Assembly: GCA_964057225.1 (NCBI GenBank)
Contig: OZ059899.1
Location: 7,316,001 to 7,380,000 of the forward strand
DNA length: 64,000 bases
Source of the DNA: Auanema rhodensis
Taxonomy: Eukaryota; Animalia; Nematoda
Reading direction: 5' to 3'
Every line of letters starts with the position of its first letter. Within the stretch, counting starts at the first letter, position 1. The notes beneath the pieces were generated by a model. That model saw only the letters and a list, made by a program, of their open reading frames with translations. It was not told the DNA's origin and searched no databases. Positions 11,368 through 24,979 of the stretch are shown one piece after another. The position numbers were made by a program, and so were the translations under genes.

Positions 11368-14099
11368 TCAATCTAGATCCATATCGAACCAGTACGATGT
11401 CGAAATTGACGGACTTAGTGACTTAACGAAGTGCCACCACTTTTTCGGTATGAATAAGCCATCTCCTGGCTCTAGAATAGCATCAAAGCATCTGGCCTTG
11501 GCAAATAATGGAAATTTCTTATAATCAGGGTTTTCAACATTAACCTGAAAGACCATATATCTTCGAATATCTTCGAATTACTTTGTGCTACCTCACTGGT
11601 GTTAGTTAGAATTCCCTCTTTCATAGGGTAAACATATTCAGTTTCCTGTGGAGATATTAATCTTACGAACTTTTTACCAAATATCTGTAAATCATATTGT
11701 CTGAAATATAATAAGTTGGGTTCACCTGACAAAATATGTTATGACGGGGATCTGTATGTAATGGTGACACAGTTCCTTGAGGACCTATCCATAAGTTTCT
11801 TTCAATATCCTAAAAGTCACTAATCTGTTTTATCCAAAGTTGTGTAGTACCTCTGGTGTGGATCCGGTTACACTACAATAGGAAGGCAATCCTAAATATG
11901 TTTTGAGTTCCGGAACTTGGTCTAATAGTCGATGTTGAGCAAGATAATGTATGCCTTCCTATAAATAACTTAGTCAAAAAAAAATTACTCATAAAAAACC
12001 TCATGAGAGCCTGCTACTGTTTCATTGCATTTAGAGAAAAATTGTGAGGCTGGCATTATCTTCTGAGACCAACCATCCTCAGTATATTTAGAACCTACTT
12101 CAACAGGAACCAGACGCTGTCCCATAGTTTGGTTTAAAAATTCCATACTAAAATAGTACACTTAACTATACTATTCATTTCATTTTTAAACCTCCATTGG
12201 GAACAGGCTAGCCAATTTTTAGCTAATCCTCGTATAACAACAGGAATCTCTTTTAGACCGTATTTTTCAAAAAATGCCTCTTCGCTCATTTCATTCATTT
12301 CAATAGGTATGCTTTCAGAATGGGATAAACAAATGGGTTTTTCAATATTCGCCTATAATGATTTGACTAATTTAGTGTGACAAGAAGTTCTCTTTTTTAC
12401 CGAAACATTCTTCGAAATCTTTGTAATTTCAAGAGATTTTGATAGCGATTCTACAAATTGTATAATAAAGTTGTCATAAAATCTATGACGTCCCATCAAC
12501 AATCCCATATCTAGTGCATTAAGTGCACTCTAAAATAGAAATTAACATGCATAAAATAAAAAATAAATGAAATGTACCTGAAAGTTACCTTCATTTCTTA
12601 ACCTCAAACATTTTGCAAAAGATACAGCAAAATAAAAGTATCGCCAACTTTCATCAACTGTTGAATAATGGCCTGAAATATTACTTTGAGCATTTTTGAG
12701 TTTTTGTTCAACGACTTTTCTTCTAAAAGTATTACCTATATTTAAGTGTTTCCATGCCATATTAAGAAGGAACTTTTCGTCTTCGATTAATTGATCCCAA
12801 GTGTAGGTTGGTTGAAACAACCCTAATTTGAAATTATGAAATAGGATAACATGAAATGCTTTTTATATTGTATTACCTTTAAACATTGGATTGTCACTAG
12901 TCTGTTGCTCTATAACATATACCGCATAACGTGTAAATTTTTGAGTATATCCTTCTCCTATGATCAAAGAATTCAACAATTCAGTTAATGTATCAAGCGT
13001 TATTTTGGAACTATTCTGAAAAACAAAATAGATTATAATCCAATATTATGAAGAATTATATATCTTCTTATTAAAATGATTAGAAAGGACATTTGCAATA
13101 TTGTAACTAAATAAAGCTCACACTAATATCACATAGTAAATGTTTTATATTACGAATAACTGTTGGATCACTACATTCTCCATTGAATGTACATTTTGAT
13201 GAATTTTCATCATAAGACAATATAGAACTGAAAAACAATTATGTTTAAGTTTTTTCATTATTTCCATCTTTTTTATCCAATAATGTAAGATATAATCGGA
13301 TCTTGAAAGTATCAATCTATTTTGGCTTCAAATACATACGTCAAATAATTTTGATATTAAAATAATATTTTGATAACAAACTATTCATGACTGTTCTTAG
13401 CATCAGGAAATATGATAGTTCGATGTAATATGTTCACTTCATCTAAAAACTCTTCAGAAACAACGACTGCTCTATAAATATAAAGAAAGAGACTATTTAT
13501 AAGTTTCTATTTTATGTATTTCTTTAATTTAAAAAAGAATAATAATTACCCTAAGTATCCATAAAATGGTAATACAGAAGATTGAGCATGAGCAGCTAAT
13601 ACAAGTTTTGGATAATTTTCGCGGCAGTAATTCACTACCCACTTAGTTATAAATGCTCCGAACCCATTACCACGAGATTTCTTCAATTGAAAAGAAATAT
13701 TTTTACTTGAAAATATGTTATTAACCTTTAGAACTGCAACTCTTTCCAGTTTAATATATGGATCTTTTATGTTTAACCGAAAAGCTCCTACATGTTCATT
13801 ACCTTAAAATGAGAAGAAATATGTTGTAAACAGTAAATAGAATAGAGAAAGTCTAACTTTTTGAACTAATACATAAGTAATGTTCACAAACATCTTCATA
13901 TTCATCTAATTCCATATCCTTTGGAACACCTTGTTCTTTCACAAAGACCTTAAAATAATTTCAAAATATTACTGAGAAGTCTTATTTTCCGAAGGATAGA
14001 TTATATTAAAAAACCTTTGTATACCTCCATACGAATTTTCACGACATCTTCGAATTCTTTTGTATTGAAATAACATCGTTTTACTTCCAAAACAGATCC
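11368..14099 (-). CDS. jmjd-5: JMJD5/KDM8-type JmjC hydroxylase with an N-terminal GNAT acetyltransferase domain (start codon upstream of 14099, not resolved)
   Basis: C-terminal JmjC: RLVPVEVGSKYT, YLAQHRLLDQVPEL, WIGPQGTVSPLHTDPRHN (HxD), GDGLFIPKKWWHFV, ISTSYWF. Upstream exons join in frame and encode IRMEVFVKEQGVP..MELDEYE, KLERVAVLK.SRGNGFG and AHAQ..VLPFY..LG. Confidence 0.82.
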
Positions 14100-16976
14100 C
14101 TACAATGATAGAAGGTTAGAGAAAAGAAAAAGTCAAAAGAGACATCAGAATAATTGAAATGCATGGTCACATTTATCAGATTATCAATAAATAATGCTGA
14201 TGTTGTTCCAAATTAATAAAAAACGGAACTTAAAATATTGAATAATTTATTATCAGCTAGCTATTGAAAGTAATTCTAATACTTTCCATGTTGCATGGAG
14301 TAATAGATTTTCGAGATTTAATTCATCTAACTGTTATACAATTCATGAAATAATAGAAAAATTAACATTTCTAAATTTCACAATTATATGAAACAAGAGT
14401 TCGCAGTTTATATTATATATGATTGATTACGGTCGTGGAATCAACCCTGTTATACAGTCCCCTCACCTATTAACCAATCACTTATTCTTAAAAAAAAACT
14501 TGAACATGTAAACATGGAATAAATAACAGTTAAAAGTACGAAATTGTATAAGAGCATATGAGAAAAGAGAGAGAGAAGAACAAGTTCTACTCTCCATTAT
14601 GGCAAACACATGCAAATACTCTGATGGACAGAAAAGAAATTCTATCTGACACGAATACATATGACCATGCTGCCCCCTTCCCAACATTATTGCTTTCAAC
14701 AGTTGAACCATGAAAATATGGAATTGATTATATAAATATATAAATAAATATATATATATATATATCCTTAAATGCTTTTAAATTAAAATTTCGTTTAATA
14801 AATGATAACTTTCATTTTAATTCAATGACAATATCCTTTTGAATTTACTCACCACTTCACTATTTCTTTTCTGTAACATTTTTTTATATCTTGTTTGATG
14901 AAAAGAGATGTTGAAAACAATGAAATATAAAAAAACTATGATAATTTAAAATAGCAAAAAACTTGTTGAGATTGAACAAACTTATGCTAATAAACGACTA
15001 GAACTATGACCATTTTTTGTTTGAAAAATATCGTGGGAGTTGAGTATCGCTGAAATCTCAACGAAATCGGAATTAGTTTTCAAACTAAACGAATAGCCGG
15101 TCAGAAAGATTATGAAACACATATAAAGGAAAAGAGAACACTTGTAACCCGATTAAAGCAGTGAATTTGATGAGTTAACAATATTGAAACAACGTTCTAT
15201 AGGAGATCAAAAATGATTTTTATGCGCATATAGTTTTAATAGTTCTCCTATAGTCTAACTATGAATATAATCATCTCATGATAATGGCATTTAAAATTGT
15301 CAATATGATTCCCCCGCTTTCATTGCTAGTGATCATGAAGTTGCTCATTTTGCTATTTCTCTCTTTCTCACGCACCCTGTCTCTCCGTTTTTATGCTTTC
15401 GCTTTCTTAACTTTCCTAATCTTAACCTTTTATTCCATCCATTTTGTGTAACATGTCTCTTTGTTGATGACTAAATATGTCTACCATTCATTTCTAATTC
15501 CAATAGAGGTATGATTGAAAAATTGGTACCTTTCCAATTCATCTAAACATAAATATTTTATAAAGATTTGGCTAGTTAAATGCTCCAGAAGGCAGCAATT
15601 TCCAAAAATTCGATAACAAACAAGCTATTTGGTTAATAGGATTATCTCTTCTACATATAATTTTTGAACAGATTTAGTACAAAGTAAAACCTCAAAACTT
15701 GGTCATTTTGTTTTGTTGCTGGAGAATGAGCCTTTTGACCAATGAAATAGAAACACTTTATCGAAATAATGATCTATAGTATATTGAGGATAATGATGTT
15801 CTGTTATCATTATTATTCTTCGAAAACAAACTTTAAAAAGTTTTATTTTCGACATTCATCTGAATTCTTTGAGTTTATTTATTTGTTACCAATATAGTAC
15901 AGTACCATCCATGTACTTTCCAGTAACAAATCAATATATCATATAAGTCTAGTTTCATATGCCTAGCCATCCGATTATATTCAGACAAAAAAGATATGAC
16001 GACAGCAAAAATGGCCATACCAATATAGCGACATACAACAACTACTAATAACTGAAATATAGCCCACAGTCATGCAGCACTTATGCATTGATGAAAATAT
16101 TTTTTCCCATCCAGCAAAGAATAATGATAATACGGCTGAAAACAGAAAAATCCAGTCCACAATACTTTGGATAAACTACACTACTATAGAAGACTGAGGC
16201 AATGAATAAATTAAGATCAAGTACATGTTCCTCAATGCCGATTTACTTTATTACATAATTTTTGATCGGATTGTTATGGCTTCGTATTAAAGCCATTACC
16301 GTGACACTAAGCTCAAGACATACAATATCACTTGTCAAATGCCATTATTCGCTTTTTCACTTCAAAGAAGAACTCTCATAATAGTATAAATAAACCAGTC
16401 AATGTTTAAATATTTTCCTTAGTTTCAACTTTCTTATCTTTTCTCATCTCCTCATGTCCTCATCGAACATAGTTTTCAGTCGATTTTTTTCATTTTCTTC
16501 TTAACTTTCAATTCTTTGTTTTCATCCTTAGGTATTCAACTATTTCAGTAATGTTTCCTTTATTCCAAAATATAACATGAAAGAAGAAGAAACGTGGAAG
16601 AATTTAGTTTGAATACATTTCCAGAATGCATTCATCATCGTTGTCAGTAAAGGAAATGATTAAACGGCGACAAACGAGCTTTATAACGGCTACGACTGAT
16701 CATTGAACTCATGTACTCAACAGTAGGATCTTCTTGCAGTTGGAATTTTTAATCGAAAACTATTAGTTGTCGATATTTTTGGTTGTAAGGTACTTCGTAA
16801 GATACACATATTATCTTCGTAACGAGCGTCTTACTAGTATCGCCGTTTACATTTTCAAGCCCTTTTTGGTTATATTCCCTCTGCTTCTATTCGATGAAGC
16901 CTACTTCTCCAAAGCTTCACGTACATCCATTGGGGATCGATGGAGGCGGAGCCAGCAGCCCCTGCGTACGCATATT

Positions 16977-19900
16977 TGACGCGTGCGACATCGCGCAGCA
17001 TCCCGACCGACGTGCAGCCCCTACAACCCCTCCCGCCTTCGCCGCACTAATACTAAGCCACAAGCGCTAAGAGGCGACCAGACGTCTATTCAGCTACTCG
17101 ATGAATTTGGCTCACATTTGATTCTTTAAAACAGTTCCAAGATAACATGTACTTTTAGCAATCTATATATATTTATATATACTAATATTTCATCAATTTA
17201 TTTGTTCGATATTTATCATTACTATTTCTTATTATTCTCCAAAAAGAATTACTGAGCATACGTGACGTACGTGATGGCGTCAAATGCTACACCATCAATA
17301 CTATTTCAGTTAATTAAGCATCGTTGATCGGTTGCATTTATTATTCCAACTCTTTTTGTTTCTAACCACTTTTTTTATTCTGTGCTGTAAAACGTTTTAT
17401 CAATATTTTACTATTTTAGCTTATTATTCATTATCGCCTGACAGATTGACGGAGCTAAAATCTCCTTCGTCTTTAAATTCAAGAATTTTACAAGAAAATA
17501 ATATGGGGGAATTGGAAACTGAGCAAGACACTCTCCAGAATTTCGCTGCTTCTGGCAGAGCTGGCAGACGCAATGCATTACCAGAAATTGAGGTTTGCTT
17601 TCTTTCTCATTTTTTATTCTTTTACTTTCTTGTTCTTTCAAACTTCTTTTCTAAGCATTCGTTTATTTATCTACTATTACATTATATTCATGAACATATA
17701 TGCATGTATGGTATTGGGAGAAGAAAACATAAGATTAAAAAGAGCGAGTGAATCTCTGCGGATTTTACTTTCATTTATAGTTTATCTTTTTCATTTTTTC
17801 GTAGTTGTCATTCAAAAACCTATGTTTTCTATTGAACTGCTGCAGGGAAAGAATGCACATGGCTTATTTTGATGTATTCTGTCATCTTGTTGAATCTTTT
17901 TTTTCAATTTTTACATAGAAATCGAAAGACGAAAATTTGGGTTGCTTATTCTACGCACGACATGAGATCGAGCTTTCTCGTTGATTGACTTTCTTCGACT
18001 CTCCCTCGTTCACTCTGACTATCACTTCGTCGTTTCCAATATCCCTTTCTTCTACTGGGGCGACATTTTAATCACAATTATAATATCTTGTTCTATGGGC
18101 AGCAATATAGATTATTAGTTTTTCCAATTTGAATTATACCATATGAAAGTCCATTCAGTTTAGAACGGTTAACATTAAGACAAAAAGCCCTCTAATAAGC
18201 AATTAAGTTCGTTTGTCTTCCATTCTTTGAGATCGCTCTGAACGGCTTTCCCCATTCGAAATTTATTCATTTCCTTTTTAAGCTAATGCTCTAATGATCC
18301 ATGCTAATTAGCTGGAAAAAAGATGGAATTGCTTGCTTCCTGCTGACTAAACACTTTGTGTGTGTGTCATATGAGTGTGACAACTTCTTTCTTTCGATTG
18401 TTTCCTGTGGCCACAAACAAGACATTGTTTCAAATCAAAGTATATAAACGTTCAAAAAGAGAAGCATTCAACAAGAATATTTATGGACAAAATAACCGAA
18501 ATATGTATTCTGATGAAGTATTTTGTAATTGTTATCGGCGACTATGTCGATTCCAAACTAATTGTCCCTATTACCTTCTCGTAACGTTTTCATCTGAATC
18601 TTGTCTCTTGTTAGTACATGACTAATGATAGAGCTAGAAAGCAGGCAGCATCGTCGCCAACACATGTGGCTTGCTACTGTAAAATCAAAGAAAACGAAAT
18701 TTCTTGCATAATCATAATAAAATACTTCCTAACCGCCTTTTGTTGTCCTGCAACATAAGTGTTAATTCAGGGCATATTAATAAAAAGGACGAGGTAGATT
18801 ATGTGAAACAAATAAAAAATGTCAGGTTTTATTTTGATCTCTATTACTGTAATTGCTCTTATTAAGACCTTGAAGTGATCAAAACCATTATGAGCATATG
18901 TTTTTCCGTTTAATTTCAATATAATCTTATAACATACTGAAAAATGTCATGACCTAAGCATTAACATATATATATATATATATATATATATGAGTTTTTA
19001 ATATAAAAACTTCTTCATGTTTTTTTCTACCAAACGCTTTTGTTTCCTTTCCGAGCATCATTCATTGATAAACAGTTCAAATAACACACATCTTTAATCG
19101 ATTTACTAATACTAATGTCGCGGAAGTAGCGGATTTAGAGAAACTGTGAACAAGTTGAAAGAAAAGATGAGAGGTATAGCGAATATAGAGAGAGAGAAAG
19201 AAAAGATAAGCAAGTTCAGAGAGACAACTCCTTTCACAAACATAAAGTATGTGAATTGAAGAGGGTAGAAAGAAAAAGAGCAAAATACGGACGTGACCAG
19301 TCGAGATGACATCGTAAAATGTTGTTCAAACATGCAAATTCAGCTGCTTGATGACGTCAGACTTCTATGAATATGAAAAAAATTGAAGAGAAATAGATGA
19401 AAGCAGAGGAAGCACTTTCCTCAATTAAAGCGTTCTGATTGACTGTGAATACTTCTTCCTAGCAACATCGCATAATTCCCGATACAAAGATGTGCAGTGC
19501 CGTTCCTTTTTTCTAAATTGTAATCGAGCAACCCGTAAAATCCGATTTCGTTTATATAACCATCACAAATATTTTTTTTCAAAGCGGTCTACTATCTCAT
19601 AGTATTTCCTGTGAATCGTTTGAGCTGATGATGCCTGCTAGTAGGGGGGTATGAATTCCTTTCACTTTCCTACAGCACTCCTCTCGCTGTAAACAAGAAA
19701 AGCTAGATTAATCCGAATCAATGCCACGATACATGATCGGGTGTGTACAGGAAGGAGAGGTAACGAGAGAAAATGGAAAAGCGGGAACAAATGAGAGAAA
19801 GATACTTGCCAACGCAGATACGTGGCTATATCGTTGTCATGGAAATTTTTCTTCTATCATCATCAGCTGAGAAAAATAACAGTTTCTATTTTTGTATTTG

Positions 19901-22900
19901 CAATTGAAATATTACAACTTCGATTGATTCATAACATGACATACTGCTCGAACTATAAACCCACGCAAATTGCAAGCGACAAACGCTCAATATGTGAACT
20001 GATACAGATTGAACATCATATCATTCAAACGTTATCAGTGTGTGACGTAGACTTCTTAGTTGCTTCATATCTCACTTTTTCTAGTCTTCCTCATTGAACA
20101 ACACAAAGAAAAACTGATAGCTATCTCGGGGGATTATAATATCCTGAGAAAGATAATTTTCTTTCAAGTAGCAAGATGACGGGAAAAAAACTTTCGAACC
20201 GCAGTATTTGATTTCTATGTTTTAGCTTTCTCTATATATGTAATCAAAACAGTGAAGCACTCCCTGAAAGTCATTAACTATTTGCTGGTTATAGAAATTG
20301 TTCAAAAAATGTTGATATGATATAGAAGAGCAGACAGGTGGTTAAAGGAGAGAAAGAAAGAGAAAAGAGACATAAAAGAGTAAAACAATTGGAGAAAAAC
20401 GTCATTTATGAACAGTGACTGTTTGAGGTGTAGTTTTCATTGACAATTTTTACACACTCATACTAATCATAAAAGTCATGTGCTCTAAGATAAAGAAAAA
20501 TAGTTGTATGTGGGTATTCATTCTTTTGTTAATAATATCTAAAATTATTGAGGAAGTAGTGGATATTCAATCTTATTACTAAGACATTATAGGCCATTAT
20601 AAATATTAGGCACCATTTTCACGTATTTAGGCTCGCCAGTCAAGAACAATGAACAAAGATTCTAATAGTTTATGTTTCATATACGGCTTTTAGTGTGTCA
20701 ATATGTTTACTATTGCTTGGTAGTTATGTCTCAGTTGGGGTAGATTACTTCAAATGACACCAATAATTTTGCTTTGAAATGAGTCTGATCATAATATCAT
20801 TCGTGAAAGGCAGACTACAGCTGCTCAAATATAGAAATATATTCTTATGTGCTTTCACGCGAAAACCTTGAATGAAAAGGGCTCTTGAACTAAAAATGAA
20901 GAAACAAAAAGATTTAGAAAAGTATTATCTAAAGACAACTCTTTTCAGGTCGAAATCAATGATCCGGGAGCGTTAAAGCTGGCAGAACGCCTCTCAGATA
21001 TGACAGCCCATTGCGAGAATGAGCAGGAGGCTCGACGTCGCCAGGAAGCTCAAAGTAAGTTCAAATTATACTACTCTATGTTAAGAAAAAGTGAATTCTA
21101 ATAGAAAAAATCCATTTCTGCCTATATCACGCCTTATAATAAACTGAGTTTATCAAATATTTCGCTATTGATAAGATATTATATTAGCGATAACTATCTT
21201 CAAAAATTCTTTTGCTTAATTTTCTTATAAATAGAACGTTAACAAGGAAATATAAATGGAATTCAGAGAAGATTTGGAGGGGTTCCCATACTTTGGATGT
21301 GAATAATATCTTTCGCCATACTAAGAATATACATGATTAGTGCCATTTTGAACGGAACTGAGAAACCTTGTCTCATATCCATCCTAATCTTCAATTTCCT
21401 TCTTAGCTAAACAACATTGATATTGCAACCAGCTACAAGGATTTGTTATTGCCGTACATGTGAATCAGTTAATCGGGATGAAAATTTTGTTAAATCTGGC
21501 ATAACGAGAAATTATGCTTAGAAGTCAAAAAGGAATTTTCTAATAGTTAGTGAGAGAGAGTGATAGAATTTCAATATTCTATTTTCCTATCTTAAACAAT
21601 CATTGAAAATTCAAATATGGCGTTTGACGCAGGGCAAAAACGAGAAATTTACTTGAAACCAAGTTGAATCAGATTTTTCATAGTACCTTGTGACGCAGTC
21701 ATTTGTACTTTGCATTTCAGCTTTTTCTTCGAAACTGAAATTTGATTTTATAACACTTTATTAAATTTTTGTTAGAACCAAATCGTCAAAATACTATTTC
21801 ACTGTCATTTTTAGAAAGCTATATCAATTTGTTTGAATATCTAACTAAATGAAACACGATAGAATTGCATCCAAGTTCATATTTTAACGATTACATAAGT
21901 TCATGAGAGGTACACTGGAGAACATGTGCTACTTATATCAATATCTAAGAAGGTGGTAGCAAAACAGTGACAAAGATTATGAAGTAAATATTTACAATTT
22001 TCAATTGTAAAATTTTTATTTTTTTATAATTCCGCAGAGATTCAACAGATGATGGTGACGCAACCACAAATTGTGACTAATTGAAGATGTGAAGTGGAAA
22101 GTCAGTCTGGCCACAAATAGTCACTACGTCACAAAATTATCAAATTTGAGAGATTTAACGACAAAGTTTCCTGGTAAAGCGATACATCATACCAAGTTTC
22201 TTTAAAAACTTTAAATGAGTAATTTAATTAAAACTATTTGAATGGTTTTAAATGTCATATAAGTAATCGTAAATCGAATTTCAAAAAGAAGTTTAAATAT
22301 CTTCTTTTTTCTGTTGAAATGCTTAATGAGGCATTGCTATCTTGCAAAGTATGTAGGGAAATTCAATCACAGTTCATCTCGAATAGAACTGTTTCTCAAA
22401 GGCTTGCCGTTTCTTATCAATTAAAGTGACGTTGACTTTAAAGAGTAACAGATAAAATCTCCTCAAGTTTCAAACTATTATATAGTCCAAGTTACAGTTC
22501 ATTGTTAAAAAAAGGTTGGATAATCATATTCTTTTTCTTATCACAAGACCAACATTTATTACATTAACATGTATTTCCTTCATCAACTGAAAGCCTCCCA
22601 AGGGAAATGCCCACAACGAAGCTTGTTACATCGTCTTTTCCTCATCTTCGCTCACTGGCTACAAACCAGTGATCTATGTGAAAAGTTCAGAATCTTCTTC
22701 TTTTCATTCGAGATAGGGACCAGATGACGCAACTTTCGAATAGATTATTTGGTCCTTGAAGGCGACGAGCAACACATCACACAAAATTTTTCTGTTCATC
22801 CTTCAAACAACAGCTGTTTGAAAACGTCACTGTTCAACGTCGAAGACGATGATGATTTAATGGAGCTGACGTCACGAAATAGCGGTCGTCAGAAAATAAT

Positions 22901-23359
22901 TGAAGAAAAGAAATAAATGAACATTTTGGTTGCCGGTATGGAAGTCGTTTATTATGACGATAGTTTGAAAAAAAACGGGGAAGTAAGAAGAACGATTGGA
23001 GCATATAGTGTATAAACATTCTCAAATACACGAACGATTTCTAAAGAAAAATGCTTCAGTTCTCCTGAGAATTAAAGTCCTATCTCGATAAAACCAACGA
23101 GTAAGAGTATCTGCAGCCAAAAATATGTAGTATGTTCATACAGAAAACGTTGGGATTTACTGAGATTCGTATTCAAAATAAGAAATATATGCTCACTCCA
23201 CTGTGCTAGTTAACTTTTTTTTCAACCACAATTGCTAAGTTCAAAGTCTTATCTTAATCTCAAAAACATAACCGGAAGCGTTTTGAATGGTCCATACTTC
23301 TCAAACCTACAATTCGCCCGTAGTATTAGAAGAACAGCGAGAGCAAACAGTCGACGTCA
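16977..23359. promoter_or_regulatory. Cluster of cAMP-response elements (CRE) across the PKI promoter and introns
   Basis: Full TGACGTCA at 19352 and 22867. TGACG/CGTCA half-sites at 16977, 17263, 17278, 17447, 20043, 20177, 20400, 21625, 21691, 21784, 22056, 22127, 22427, 22725, 22825, 22887 and 23355. GC/CpG-rich promoter-like patch at ~16940-17100. Confidence 0.65.
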
Positions 23360-23996
23360 TCGTTAACGTTAACTGAGGAGAAGGAGATGAGATGAGACGG
23401 GTCGAAAGGTTGAAAGCACAAACACCGAGTGCCCGCTGGTCAGGGAGCAGTGTTTAGACGTCTGTCTACATCTCTATCTTGTCATCGGAATATCGAGGTG
23501 CGTGTGAAGCTACGTGCACTTGATTTTCGATGTTTTCTCTTCCTTTACCTTTTGAAGAATTGTGAGTTTCTTCCGGTTCCGGGGACATGACATGGTTCTT
23601 ATGAATTAAAGAAAAGCAAAAACAGAAGGAAAGGGTAATCTAAATGATTGGAGTAAGATGCTACATCAAATACTCTATTTCAATGAAGACATAACAAATC
23701 AAAAGAAATGAACAAGAAGTACGAAGATATACAATGAATTGTTGTAAATGTATTGAAGAACCTTTACAACCTGTTCATACAATCTTTGTTCTGATAAACC
23801 CATATAGAATACATCAACGAAATGTTAAAAAGAAAAGGGAAAATTTCCAACTTTTTAAACGAAAAGTTGAAATAAACAATTGTGTTCATTTAAAACACTT
23901 TCTCACCTATAAACTTAATTTAATTCATGTTTTTTGTATCATGTTAATACTAATTTTTCTTTTTCAGATTCTGCAACAGGACATTCCGCCTCATAA
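17503..23996 (+). CDS. cAMP-dependent protein kinase inhibitor (PKI family), ~74 aa, three exons with an alternative last exon
   Basis: Exon 17503-17592 MGELETEQDTLQNFAASGRAGRRNALPEIE (PKI signature F...GR.GRRNA). Exon 20949-21054 VEINDPGALKLAERLSDM... (NES-like), TTTTCAG acceptor and GTAAGT donor. Last exon 23968-23996 (NSATGHSAS*) or 22038-22084 (KIQQMMVTQPQIVTN*). All splice phases are compatible. Confidence 0.88.
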
Positions 23997-24979
23997 TCTT
24001 CTGCGGGGCCAGTGCCGGTCATGTCTCACTTGTTACTATTCAAATGAGAAACAACAATCACCTCATAATTATTTGTATTTTTTCAATCCACCATGTCAAA
24101 AAGTATTTTTTCTGCTGTCATAAGTCTTATGACAATCTTCCAAAAAGGTTTATATGGTTTTCCTTTTAATTCCGTACATTTTATGTAAATTATTACGGGT
24201 CTTAAGATCTAGCATAACTGTAATCGCCGTGTTGGTTTCTATTCTTAACTCCTTCATCGGAATGGTTATGACCCAAACACCACACGTGAACCACGAGCTT
24301 TGTGTATAAATCCCATTTAAAGCAATTTTAACCTTTTTTGGTTTCTGTACAATTGACTATTAGGCCAATTATAACGGTCTTATTATATAATCCCTACCCC
24401 GGTTTGAATTATCTCAACTTTGTCTTGCCTGCAAGAAATTTTTAACCATCTGATGAATATAAATATCCATGTCACAACTAATTTCATCTATTTCATATGA
24501 TCCATGAATCTGTTCTGATAATATTTCCGTATAAAACGAAAAGAAAATTCCAAACGAAGTCCTTACTCATTAAAAGAAAAGTACAAAAAGGGAAAAAGCG
24601 TACCATTTTCATATTTGATATTTCCAAATTCAAACAGAAGCAAAAACTTCTTATTAAATTAAAAGTATCCTGAAAACTATAAGAAGAATAAAATTGAACA
24701 TTATTTTTGTAAAGATATTCTTATTGCATGCAAGTTTAAATAAACAAGAATGAAAGATTTGGTTTTGAAAATTTAAAAAAATATATATTATTAGGCAGTT
24801 TCTTAAACATATGTCTATAATGATATTGAATGAAAATAAATGTAAACCCATATAATTCTTTAAAGAATGAAACATTAAAGCTTAATGCAAAGACGCATTG
24901 ATCACATGATTTTGGAGAATCGTGGAATTGAATGAAATTGGAAGAGAGAAAGAAATGTCGAACGATTTCATAATAAAAT

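Noticed and set aside
14478-24875. Numerous 60-130-aa Phe/Leu/Ile-rich ORFs in the PKI region and elsewhere
   Set aside because: Typical chance ORFs in AT-rich DNA, with no motifs or splice support apart from the PKI exons.
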